The notes below the pieces were generated by a model. That model saw only the letters and a list, made by a program, of their open reading frames with translations. It had not been told where the DNA came from and ran no database searches. From Edaphobacter sp. (lineage in GTDB: Bacteria; Acidobacteriota; Terriglobia; Terriglobales; Acidobacteriaceae), in the NCBI GenBank assembly GCA_965277545.1, contig OZ255826.1, positions 1,628,817 to 1,692,816 on the forward strand: DNA of 64,000 nucleotides. Reading direction: 5' to 3'. Positions within the stretch are counted from its first letter, which is position 1; every line of letters starts with the position of its first letter. The position numbers and the translations under genes are program-made. This document shows, piece by piece, positions 17,779 through 26,265 of this stretch.

Positions 17779-18435
17779 ATGTGCTTTTCGGCTGCGGCAA
17801 ATTTCACGGGCAGCGGAGCTCTCGGCGCCATCGGCGTGTTGACCTTGACGAAGGTAAAGCACCGGCGGGAGCTGTTGTTCGCCTCGCTGCCGACGCTGTT
17901 CGCGATTCACCAATTCATCGAAGGTTTTGTCTGGCTTGGACTCGATGGAAAGCTCTCCCCTGCGACGACGCACAACATGGGCGCGGCGTTCATGCTGTAT
18001 GCGCAGGGTCTGCTGCCGTTTCTGCTGCCGTTGTCCGTGGTGCTGTTCGAGCCGAATGGGCCCAGCCGCAGGCGGATGCTGCCGTTTCTCGCATTGGGCG
18101 TCTTGACCTCGCTCTACATTCTCTGGGGGCTGATGGCATATCCGCTTGAGATCTACGTCCAGGGCAACAGCATCGTCTACAGCAATCAGGCGACGAACAT
18201 CACTGCCGTAGCCGTCTTCTATGTCATCGCCACCTGCGGCTCGCTGCTGTTCTCGAAGGTGCGCGACATGGTGATCTTCGGCGTCGCCAATCTCGCCATT
18301 CTGCTTGTAGTGATGGCCATCAAGCGGTATGCCTTCACGTCCTTGTGGTGCGCCTACGCGGCGATCGCGAGTGTCATCATTCTGGCCTACTTCTGGAACA
18401 GTACAAAGCACCGCCCATTGCGCTACACCGAGTAG
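17779..18435 (+). CDS. hypothetical polytopic membrane protein
   Basis: MCFSAAANFTGSGALGAIGV.. followed by about 6 hydrophobic helices. Start is either Met-11 (17779) or 17749. No motif I can name with confidence. Confidence 0.55.
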   Translation: MCFSAAANFTGSGALGAIGVLTLTKVKHRRELLFASLPTLFAIHQFIEGFVWLGLDGKLSPATTHNMGAAFMLYAQGLLPFLLPLSVVLFEPNGPSRRRMLPFLALGVLTSLYILWGLMAYPLEIYVQGNSIVYSNQATNITAVAVFYVIATCGSLLFSKVRDMVIFGVANLAILLVVMAIKRYAFTSLWCAYAAIASVIILAYFWNSTKHRPLRYTE

Positions 18436-18582
18436 CCTCTACCACTTTCGTGGAATCCTTGTAAGCAATAGACTTAGCGATTTTGAAGCTCCATTGTTGG
18501 TGCAGTCATGAAGCCGTCACATCGACTCTCCACACTGACCTCGTAAGCAGCCTGTCTGGACTTGGTCCACGGGGGGTCTTCG

Positions 18583-19764
18583 ATGAGTCAATCGAGCGTA
18601 TCGTACCTTTGGCGGGAACCGGAGGCGGCGAAGGGCTTTACTACCGGCGTTTCGCTGCACAGCCATACCAACCAGTCCAAAGAGACTCTCGACTTCATCA
18701 ACGAGCTGTCGAAGCAGTGGAGCGTCCTGCAGCCGGTCATGCGTTGGGCGGAGCGGCGCGGCAAGCGGCTGACCGGGATCGATCCCGACTATGCGCGGGC
18801 TTACTGGACGCCGCCGCTGACGCCCATCCTGGCCTTCGATCTGGAGCGGCGGCAGATCGAGAATGAGTTGCAGCTGCCGGGCCTGGTCTCCTTGACCGAC
18901 CACGACGACATCAACGCGCCGATGCTGCTGCGGACCGTGCCCTCATCGCGCCATATCCCCGTTTCAGTCGAGTGGACGGTGCCGTTCGGCGAGACGGCCT
19001 TTCATCTCGGGATTCACAACCTGCCCAGCGCGACCGGCGCGGCCTGGATGCGGCGGCTGGCTCAATTTACTGCAACGCCCATCCAAACCCGCCCGCCGCG
19101 CGTGCTGCGAGAGATGCTGGCCGAGCTCGATGAAATTCCCAGCGTGCTCATTGTCTTCAACCATCCGCTGTGGGATCTCTACCGCGTCGGGCGCGAGCGG
19201 CACGAGGTGCTGGTCAACGAGTTTCTCGCGCTGTACGGCCAGTTCGTGCATGCGCTCGAGCTCAACGGCCTGCGCGACTGGAAGGAGAACCGCGAGACCG
19301 CAACGCTCGCCGGCAAGTGGAACCAGTTGACCATCAGCGGCGGCGACCGCCACGGCGTCGAGCCGAACGCCAATATCAACCTGACGCGAGCCGAAAGCTT
19401 CACCGGCTTCGTGCATGAGATCCGGCGCGAGCGGCAAAGTCATGTCCTGTTCATGCCGCAGTACGCCGAACCGTGGAAGCACAGAATTCTGCAGTCGACC
19501 CTCGACGCCATCCGCGACTATCCGAACTTTCCTGAAGGATCGCGCGGCTGGGACGAGCGCGTGTACCACCCGGACGCGCGGGGCGATATCCAGCCCATGA
19601 CGCGGCTGTGGACAACCGGGCAGGCGCCCGCGTTCTTCCGTGCCGCGCTCTTCGCCGTGCGCATGCTGGGAGCAGCACCTGTCTCAAGCGGCCTACGGAT
19701 GGCGTGGGAGATACAGGGTGGAGCAGAAGGGGGCGAGGGCGTAGTGAACTCAGCGCAGGTCTAG
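18583..19764 (+). CDS. PHP-domain-like metal-dependent phosphoesterase (hypothetical)
   Basis: ..GVSLHSHTNQS.. and ..VSLTDHDDINAP.. resemble PHP motifs I and II, and ..FHLGIHNLP.. also fits. The rest is unassigned. Start ambiguous (18562 or 18583). Confidence 0.5.
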   Translation: MSQSSVSYLWREPEAAKGFTTGVSLHSHTNQSKETLDFINELSKQWSVLQPVMRWAERRGKRLTGIDPDYARAYWTPPLTPILAFDLERRQIENELQLPGLVSLTDHDDINAPMLLRTVPSSRHIPVSVEWTVPFGETAFHLGIHNLPSATGAAWMRRLAQFTATPIQTRPPRVLREMLAELDEIPSVLIVFNHPLWDLYRVGRERHEVLVNEFLALYGQFVHALELNGLRDWKENRETATLAGKWNQLTISGGDRHGVEPNANINLTRAESFTGFVHEIRRERQSHVLFMPQYAEPWKHRILQSTLDAIRDYPNFPEGSRGWDERVYHPDARGDIQPMTRLWTTGQAPAFFRAALFAVRMLGAAPVSSGLRMAWEIQGGAEGGEGVVNSAQV

Positions 19765-19765
19765 G

Positions 19766-19881
19766 TCATTTTCATATCAAGTGTTAACAAAATGTGGGTG
19801 CCCCATCCCAGCCGCGCTCTTTGCGGTTAAGGTGGGAGACCACGACTCTTTCCCAACCGTTAACACCCTGACCGAAAATGA
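19766..19881. repeat. MITE-like repeat family D, copy 1
   Basis: TCATTTTCATATCAAGTGTTAAC ... GTTAACACCCTGACCGAAAATGA terminal inverted repeats around GGGTGCCCCATCC..GGTGGGAGACCACGACTCTTTCCC. Second copy at 27693-27807. Confidence 0.8.
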
Positions 19882-20003
19882 TCTAGTCCTTCCTCTTCAC
19901 AATTTATCTCCATCGAGACTCTTTCGAACTGCCCAGCGCAAGTGCTGGTTCGCTCTACCCTTCACCCTCTCCCCTCCACCCTGTTCTTCTGTACTCTGGA
20001 CCC

Positions 20004-21188
20004 ATGCGTGTCCCGCGCGTCGCCTATCTTCCCGACTCCTTCCACGAGGTGAACGGCGTCGCGCACACGAGCCGCAACTTTGTGGGGTTTGCGCAGAGGC
20101 GCGGGCTGCCCTTTCTGTGTGTGCGCGCGGGGACGCGGGAGATCTCCTTCGAGCAGGTGGGAGAGATGCGGACCCTCGAGCTCAGGCGCAGCCGCGGCTC
20201 GGTCCGCATGGAGAAAGATCTCGACTTCGACACGCTCTTCTGGCGCCACGCCGGCGCGATTCGACATGAGCTCGAGCGCTTCCGACCCGACATCCTCCAC
20301 ATCACAGGACCCAGCGAGCTTGGGCTCTTCGGCGCGTACTTCGCGTGGGAGCTGGGGATTCCGCTCGCCGCCTCCTGGCATACGAACCTGCATGAGTACG
20401 CAGCCCGCCGGATGGGCTGGCTGACGCGAAGGCTTTCGGCAAGCCAAGGCGCGTCGGTGGAACATGGCGTCGAGCGCGGCACGCTGTGGGCTACGTCGCA
20501 GTTCTACAAGCTGGCCAGAGTTCTCTTCGCGCCGAATGCCGAGCTTTGCCGCATGCTCGAGAAAGCAACCGGGCGCCAATGCTTTATGATGCAGCGCGGC
20601 GTCGACACCGCGATCTTCTCCCCGGCGCATCGCACCAGACCGCCGACGGACCCAACGTTTGTGCTTGGCTATGTAGGACGGCTCTCGGTCGAGAAGAACG
20701 TGGCGCTGCTGCCTCATCTGGAACGGGAGCTCGCCGCAATCGGCGCGGAGGGCGTTCGCTTTCTGATCGTCGGTCACGGAGAGGAAGAGGCCGCGTTGCG
20801 CAGGGAGATGAAGACGGCTAAGTTCGCGGGCGTGCTGCGCGGACCAGCTCTGGCCGAGGCTTACGCGAATATGGACGTGCTGGTCTTTCCCTCGCACACC
20901 GACACGTTCGGCAATGTCGTCCTCGAAGCTCTCGCCAGCGGTGTGCCTGCCGTCGTCACTCCCGATGGCGGCCCGAAGTTCATCGTGCAGGATGGCGAGA
21001 CGGGTTTCGTCGTGGCCGAGGACGGCTTTGCGGCAGCTATCGCGAAGCTGCTCCGGGATCGACCAGGCTTGCAGGAGATGCGCGCGAAAGCCCGGCAGTA
21101 CGCGCTGGGCTGCAGTTGGGATGCTGTCTTCGAGCGCGTGTACGCGGGCTATCGAACAGCCGCCATAGAGGCGGTGCGCCATGCTTAG
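20004..21188 (+). CDS. glycosyltransferase family 4 (GT-B, group 1)
   Basis: N-terminal ..FHEVNGVAHTSRN.., C-terminal ..FPSHTDTFGNVVLEALASGVPAVVT..GGPKFIV.DGETG (the EX7E region of GT4 enzymes). Confidence 0.9.
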   Translation: MRVPRVAYLPDSFHEVNGVAHTSRNFVGFAQRRGLPFLCVRAGTREISFEQVGEMRTLELRRSRGSVRMEKDLDFDTLFWRHAGAIRHELERFRPDILHITGPSELGLFGAYFAWELGIPLAASWHTNLHEYAARRMGWLTRRLSASQGASVEHGVERGTLWATSQFYKLARVLFAPNAELCRMLEKATGRQCFMMQRGVDTAIFSPAHRTRPPTDPTFVLGYVGRLSVEKNVALLPHLERELAAIGAEGVRFLIVGHGEEEAALRREMKTAKFAGVLRGPALAEAYANMDVLVFPSHTDTFGNVVLEALASGVPAVVTPDGGPKFIVQDGETGFVVAEDGFAAAIAKLLRDRPGLQEMRAKARQYALGCSWDAVFERVYAGYRTAAIEAVRHA

Positions 21189-21281
21189 ATCGGTTCTCCA
21201 GAGGATGTACCCCAAACCAGCGCGTCATTCTGAGCGAAGCGAAGAATCCCCGCATTTTTTTAACGCCGCACCGGTGTATAT
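21189..21281 (+). repeat. Repeat family B, copy 2
   Basis: ATCGGTTCTCCAGAGGATGTACCCCAAACCAGCGCGTCATTCTGAGCGAAGCGAAGAATCCCCGCATTTTT.., starting right after the GT4 stop. Confidence 0.8.
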
Positions 21282-21301
21282 CGAAAGGAAGACTGCTCTG
21301 A

Positions 21302-22060
21302 TCAGTCGCTCATGTACGACAGAGCACGCTGAAAGGCGAAGTCGCTGACGTGAACCCATCCCCGGAAGGGAAGGTTGACATCGTCGATGGCAAGCAGCAC
21401 CAAGGTGATCAGAAGCGTGAAGGAGAAGACCTGAACGGCATGCAGCGTTGCGTTTCCCGCTCCGAAGAGAGAAGCGGAGACGATCGTCAGGATGGCCCCG
21501 ACGATGAGAACGCACCAGAAGACGGCAGGAAGCTTATACACGCTCTGGTGCAGGCGGGTCCGGCGATGCTCGGTCATCGAGCTGAGTTCGGAGATCGCAT
21601 GGTCTTCGGCAAGGAGCTCGGAGGGAGCGGCAGCCTTCACCGACATCAGCGTTCTCCACATATCCTGATTGATGAAGTGGCTCTTCTCCGGAACTCGCCC
21701 CCTCGCCATCTCCGGCCAATCGTCGGAGACGACTGCCTCGGCGTAGGAGCGGCACTGCGCCTCAAGCAGCGTTCGTTGCGCCTCCGGAAGGCCTTCGGAT
21801 AAACGGTAGACGTTTCTCAGCGAATTCGCTTCCAGGTCGGCATTGAGGTTGGCTTCGCCGAAGGTCGTCCAGACGGTGTACAGCATAAACCCAAGGATCA
21901 CCGCGTAGGTGGTGCCGAGGATGCTGAGCTGCCATCCGATGATGTCGTTGTGCGCCCTGCGGCGATCGGGTGACCAGACGCGGTTGAGCAGCGCCATGAA
22001 GAGCATGGAGAAGGTCATGACGGCAAGCAGCAGGACGATGTTCTGTGCGAAGGTCAGCAT
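21302..22060 (-). CDS. membrane protein (DUF4239-like)
   Basis: Two N-terminal and two C-terminal TM helices flank a soluble segment. The pattern ..IIGWQLSILGTTYAVILGFMLY..W..F resembles DUF4239; this is a family assignment from memory only. Confidence 0.55.
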   Translation of the reverse strand: MLTFAQNIVLLLAVMTFSMLFMALLNRVWSPDRRRAHNDIIGWQLSILGTTYAVILGFMLYTVWTTFGEANLNADLEANSLRNVYRLSEGLPEAQRTLLEAQCRSYAEAVVSDDWPEMARGRVPEKSHFINQDMWRTLMSVKAAAPSELLAEDHAISELSSMTEHRRTRLHQSVYKLPAVFWCVLIVGAILTIVSASLFGAGNATLHAVQVFSFTLLITLVLLAIDDVNLPFRGWVHVSDFAFQRALSYMSD

Positions 22061-22164
22061 GGGCTACCCTTTTGGATTCTCCACGGTTATATACCTTCGC
22101 GTTGGGCATCGGTCCACAATCCCTGCCAAGAACCTTTCCAGGAACTTTGATATCGAAGCCGGAA

Positions 22165-22265
22165 TTTAAAACTCCCGGAGGTCGTCATTTCGACCGAAGC
22201 CGTGCGGTCTTATCGCGCGGCTCATCGCACGACCAAGTGGAGAAATCCCCGCATCTTGCCTTTGC
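22165..22265 (+). repeat. Repeat family C, copy 3
   Basis: TTTAAAACTCCCGGAGGTCGTCATTTCGACCGAAGCCGTGCGGTCTTATCGCGCGGC..GTGGAGAAATCCCCGCATCTTGCC. Confidence 0.75.
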
Positions 22266-22319
22266 CTGTTCTTCGATCCGTCTGATCCGTACCAAGCCGC
22301 GGTCGACCCCCCACACGTC

Positions 22320-22386
22320 GTCATTTCGACCGAAGCCGCGCGGTCTTATCGCGCGGCGTAGCGGAGAAACCCCCGCATTTCGCCTT
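22320..22386 (+). repeat. Repeat family C, copy 4
   Basis: GTCATTTCGACCGAAGCCGCGCGGTCTTATCGCGCGGCGTAGCGGAGAAACCCCCGCATTTCGCC. Confidence 0.75.
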
Positions 22387-22543
22387 TGCTTGCTGTCCCG
22401 ATCCGCTGCTTACGCGATTCTTAAACAGGTTCTTAGGCTGCCGAGAACAAACTATCCATCCTTCACGAAAAAAGCTCGGGACGGCGGGTGGTGTGAGTGA
22501 TAATGGGTGCTCTCACAAGCAGCAGGGGCACACGAGGCGCAAC

Positions 22544-24172
22544 ATGAGGACCATGGTCGATGGCGTTATTCGCGCGTTGTTGACGGCCCTCTTGGTGGGA
22601 GCGTGCGCGGCCTTGCCTCTCCAGGCGCAGGACGGTTGGTATCCCGGCCAATATCCCGGCCAGAGCGTACGGTGGCGCGGCGCACGGGCAGGCTTCACTC
22701 CCGGCCCAGGCGCGATCCAGGGCGGTCCTGGAAGCGATCCAAACCCCGGCTCCCCCATGTACCTCTGCCGCGCGCAGGATCAAGGCAGCCTGGTCCCCGG
22801 CAAATGGGTTGGAGGCAATTGCAACGTGGCCTTCAACAACCGCGAAGACGTCATGGGCTCCTACGAGGTGGCGTACGGACAAGCGCAGTGGGGCCCGTAT
22901 CAGGGCACCGTGCAGGGTCTGGTGCAGACCGGCCGCGAACCAGACGGTTCACCGCTCTTCTCCTGCCGCGTCGACTACATCACCAACTTCCCGCATAACG
23001 ACTTCGGCTTCCAGCCCGGCAAGCTCGTGCAGGATGGCACGTGTCACTTTCCTCTAGGCGGCGCCGAGATCGTCCAGGGCCCTCCCTTCGACGTGCTGTA
23101 TGCAAGCGGCGGAGCTTACCCCCCCAATCCCTATCCGCCGCAATATCCTTACCCTTACCCGTATCCCAATCCCTATCCGCCCCCGCAGCTTCCGCCCTGT
23201 CAGCTCAGCGACCCAGGCGTCGTGCTCAACAGCGACGGCCTGTGGGCTGGGCCGAACTGCACGCCAAGCGACGGCCGCGGACACATACCCGGCGCGCCGC
23301 CGCCCCCCAATCCGAATCAGCCGCCGCCCGGCCCCTGGCAGCCCGGACCCAGTTCGGTGAGCTGGCAGCAGGTGCAGTCGCCGTTCACGCCTGGCCCCAG
23401 CGCCGTCATGGGCGGCCCCGGGAACGGACCCAAGCCGGGTGCCCCGCTCTACGTCTGCCGCGCCTACTACGACGGTGCCTTGTACCCCGGCAAGTGGATC
23501 GAGGGTAAGTGCAGCTTCGCCGACGCGGCAAGCAAGGAAGAGAAGGTAGACCAGTATGAGGTAGCGAACGGCAGCGCCGCGTGGCAGGACTTCGACGGCA
23601 ACATCGGTGCGCTTGTCCCCGGCGGATACGACGTGGACGGCACCCCCCAGTACATCTGCCGCAAGCAGCTGAACTTCTTCGGCAACAAGGGCTTCCAGCC
23701 CGGACGCCTGGCAGCTGGCCAGTGCATCATCGCCTACGGCGGCATGGCAACCTCCTCCGGGCCGCCCTTCCAGGCGCTCTACAACGTCTTTCCCAACCCC
23801 GCACCCGGGCCGCAGCCGGGAGCCCCTGCGCCGGATGCGGCGGGCGCTCCCGATCATTCATCCGCGCAGGCGCAAGGAATTCCAGCGGAGCAAGGAATCC
23901 CAGCGGAGCAGGGAATCCAGCTAGAGTTCGTGTCGGGCACCGACGACGCCCCGGGTACGGCTTCGGTGACCAATGCCGCCAACGGCAAAACCGTCAGCCG
24001 GCCGCTGCATCCGCACTCCTCCTCCGCCGCGTGCGTGTTGGTGCTCGAGCAGGCGGCCCTAGCTGCGGGCCTGCAGATCCAGGCGCTGCCCGACGGCACC
24101 GGACTGCGGGTCTACGGCCGCAGCAACGTCGTGAACGTAACCGGAGCCTCCTTCACCGTCAGTCCGTTCTAA
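22544..24172 (+). CDS. secreted protein with two DM9/DUF3421-like double modules and a Pro/Tyr-rich linker
   Basis: Signal peptide from ATG 22544. The motif recurs: ..PMYLCRA..GSLVPGKW..GNC..YEV.., ..LFSCRV..FQPGKL..GTC..FDVLY.., ..PLYVCRAYYDGALYPGKWIEGKC..YEV.., ..QYICRK..FQPGRL..GQC..FQALY. Linker PNPYPPQYPYPYPYPNPYPPPQLPP. Confidence 0.65.
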   Translation: MRTMVDGVIRALLTALLVGACAALPLQAQDGWYPGQYPGQSVRWRGARAGFTPGPGAIQGGPGSDPNPGSPMYLCRAQDQGSLVPGKWVGGNCNVAFNNREDVMGSYEVAYGQAQWGPYQGTVQGLVQTGREPDGSPLFSCRVDYITNFPHNDFGFQPGKLVQDGTCHFPLGGAEIVQGPPFDVLYASGGAYPPNPYPPQYPYPYPYPNPYPPPQLPPCQLSDPGVVLNSDGLWAGPNCTPSDGRGHIPGAPPPPNPNQPPPGPWQPGPSSVSWQQVQSPFTPGPSAVMGGPGNGPKPGAPLYVCRAYYDGALYPGKWIEGKCSFADAASKEEKVDQYEVANGSAAWQDFDGNIGALVPGGYDVDGTPQYICRKQLNFFGNKGFQPGRLAAGQCIIAYGGMATSSGPPFQALYNVFPNPAPGPQPGAPAPDAAGAPDHSSAQAQGIPAEQGIPAEQGIQLEFVSGTDDAPGTASVTNAANGKTVSRPLHPHSSSAACVLVLEQAALAAGLQIQALPDGTGLRVYGRSNVVNVTGASFTVSPF

Positions 24173-24214
24173 GCAGCCTCTGATGAATGCTGTTCCCCAA
24201 TCCGTTCTATGATC

Positions 24215-24350
24215 CTGAGTTCCCACTTCTTGCCATCGTCTGAGCGCCCCAGTTCTCGCTGTCATTCAGAGGTCCCACTTCTTACTGTCATCTGAGCTCC
24301 CGAGTTCTTGCTGTCATCCTGACCCTCGAGCGAAGCGAAGGGGAAGGATC
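24215..24350 (+). repeat. Degenerate tandem half-sites related to repeat family B
   Basis: Four successive units CCCACTTCTTGCCATCGTCTGAGCG / CCCAGTTCTCGCTGTCATTCAGAGGT / CCCACTTCTTACTGTCATCTGAGCT / CCCGAGTTCTTGCTGTCATCCTGACCCTCGAGCGAAGCGAAGGGGAAGGATCC. Confidence 0.6.
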
Positions 24351-24499
24351 CCGATAAGCTTCACACGCCCATACCATCAAGACCTTTCTACCCCATCTTC
24401 CGGATTCCGAGCACCCCCACCCGCCACTTCCGGCTCATCAGACTTCCCGCTAAACGCAAACAAATGTGATTGCACTCGCTGTTGCACCTGCCCTTCTTG

Positions 24500-24610
24500 C
24501 CATCGGACCTTCCTTGCCCTTGCCCTTGCCCTTGCCATTGCCGTTGTACTTGCTTTTGCCCTAGCCTTTCTGGTTGTCATCCTCGAAGAGGATCTGCTTT
24601 TGCTCTTTCA
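24500..24610 (+). repeat. Repeat family E, copy 3
   Basis: (CCCTTG)x4 microsatellite, then ..GCCTTTCTGGTTGTC-ATCCTC-GAA-GAGGAT-CTGCTTTTGC (hairpin 24579-24593). Confidence 0.75.
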
Positions 24611-24935
24611 GAAGACCAACTTCAGCTCCCCAAACTATTTTTCTCGAAATCCGGGCCAAATTCGCATGTCAAGCCCCTGAACACGATAAATCAAAGTATC
24701 CAAAAAACTTACGCTTGGCGCATGAGTTTATATCCATTGCGTATAATTAAAATAGCAACGAAAGAGACGCCCAGCCAAGCTCCGTGCTGACCTAACTCCT
24801 TTGGAATCTAAATTTTTAGGGTTAATTCCCCTCGAATCTATATTTTGCGCGCCAAGATTCCCCCAAGGACAATTATACACTTGACACATAAATAGATTAG
24901 CGCGATACTTGAAAAAGTAGTCAAGAGGCGCAGCG

Positions 24936-25886
24936 ATGAATCTGATAGACGTAACCCGCGAGTTTCAGAACGATGATGATTGCCTCGCCTACCTTGAGAC
25001 CATGCGCTGGCCAGATGGTATCCGTTGCCCTATCTGCGGCGCAAAAGAAATCAGTAAGATCACCCGTAAGACTCCCTCCAAGAACAAGCGCACCCGGATC
25101 TACCAGTGCCTAGAGAAGACTTGCAAATCGCAGTTCTCTGCCACGAATGGAACGATCTTCAATGATTCTCATCTCCCCCTAACGAAGTGGTTCATGGCTC
25201 TGGCCATCGTCGTAGACGCGAAAAAAGGCATCTCCGCAAAGCAGCTACAGGAGCACTTAGGCATCGGCTCCTATCGCACCGCTTGGTACATGGCGCACCG
25301 CATCCGTAAGGCAATGACTGCCGATGGAGTCTTTCAGATGACCGGAACGGTCGAAATCGACGAGACCTTCATCGGGGGAACGGCCATACGCCGCTTTCAG
25401 AAAACTCCTAAGGTACGTGCACCTAAGGAAATGGTTCTGGGGATGCGCGAACGTAGCACTAAGGACAAGACGGGCCGGGTCCGCTACTTCCATATCCCAG
25501 ACGGCAAGCGGAGCACGATCCAGCCCATCATTGAAGCTAATGTTGCGCCGTGGGTCAAGCGGGTTTACACGGATTCCAGCGCGGTTTATGACTTCGCTAT
25601 AAACGAAACGCTTGCGCCGCGTCACCGCAAGGTCAATCACTCTGAGCAGTGGGTTGTGCCGGGTAGCCGTATCCACACGAACACGGTCGAGTCCAGCTTC
25701 TCACTCCTCAAGCGTGGTTTGATAGGCAGCTATCACCGCGTCTCGATAAAGCACCTGCACCGCTACCTTACGGAGTTTGAGTACCGTTTCAACGCACGTA
25801 AGGCGTCGGACCGCTTTAGCATGACGTTGGGGGAGATGATGAAGACATCCGCTATGCCTTACGCGGCTTTGACGGCGGGGGAATAG
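24936..25886 (+). CDS. IS1595 family (ISXO2-like) transposase
   Basis: N-terminal transposase zinc ribbon (..DDDCLAYLETMRWPDGIRCPICG..YQC..C), then the DDE domain (..VEIDETFIGG..VYTDSSAVY..) and C-terminal ..LKRGLIGSYHRVSIKHLHRYLTEFEYRFNAR, which is typical of the family. Confidence 0.85.
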   Translation: MNLIDVTREFQNDDDCLAYLETMRWPDGIRCPICGAKEISKITRKTPSKNKRTRIYQCLEKTCKSQFSATNGTIFNDSHLPLTKWFMALAIVVDAKKGISAKQLQEHLGIGSYRTAWYMAHRIRKAMTADGVFQMTGTVEIDETFIGGTAIRRFQKTPKVRAPKEMVLGMRERSTKDKTGRVRYFHIPDGKRSTIQPIIEANVAPWVKRVYTDSSAVYDFAINETLAPRHRKVNHSEQWVVPGSRIHTNTVESSFSLLKRGLIGSYHRVSIKHLHRYLTEFEYRFNARKASDRFSMTLGEMMKTSAMPYAALTAGE

Positions 25887-25936
25887 CGGGGATTATCTTC
25901 CCGGCTTTCCCCTGAGTCTTTATCCCAGCCTTAGGC

Positions 25937-26170
25937 TCAGGCGGTGACTTCATCATGCGCTGAAGTAGGCTGTCGAATTGTCCCTTGTCTACCTTCATAT
26001 CTCCTCACCTCCAAAGGCCTGAGCGACTCCCGGAATACGTGCTCTGCGCCGCATTTGTAGCATTTCACCATACCAGTGTAAGCTCCCGCAGTTTGGGAGA
26101 GACACGCGCCACACTCCATGCAACTGGACTCGACAACGGCCATCGGGAAACCCTCTAGCCCAACTCTCAC
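25937..26170 (-). CDS. hypothetical zinc-ribbon protein
   Basis: CMECGAC..(17 aa)..CYKCGAE forms two CxxC pairs. Start is GTG 26170 or Met-10. No homologue recognised. Confidence 0.4.
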   Translation of the reverse strand: MRVGLEGFPMAVVESSCMECGACLSQTAGAYTGMVKCYKCGAEHVFRESLRPLEVRRYEGRQGTIRQPTSAHDEVTA

Positions 26171-26265
26171 GCATCCATAAGTGACTTCAACTTTATTTTG
26201 ACGCCACCGGTTGACTTATAATGGGTCAGCGTGTCACTGTAGAGAGGTTGTTTTAGGAGACCACG

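Noticed and set aside
24852-25900. Short imperfect inverted repeat CCAAGATTCCCC / GGGGATTATCTT, considered as the ends of a minimal 1.05-kb IS containing only the transposase
   Set aside because: The match is short and gapped. The much better 20/21 inverted repeat pair at 24871-24891 / 27505-27525 is preferred. The minimal-IS alternative cannot be fully excluded without other copies.
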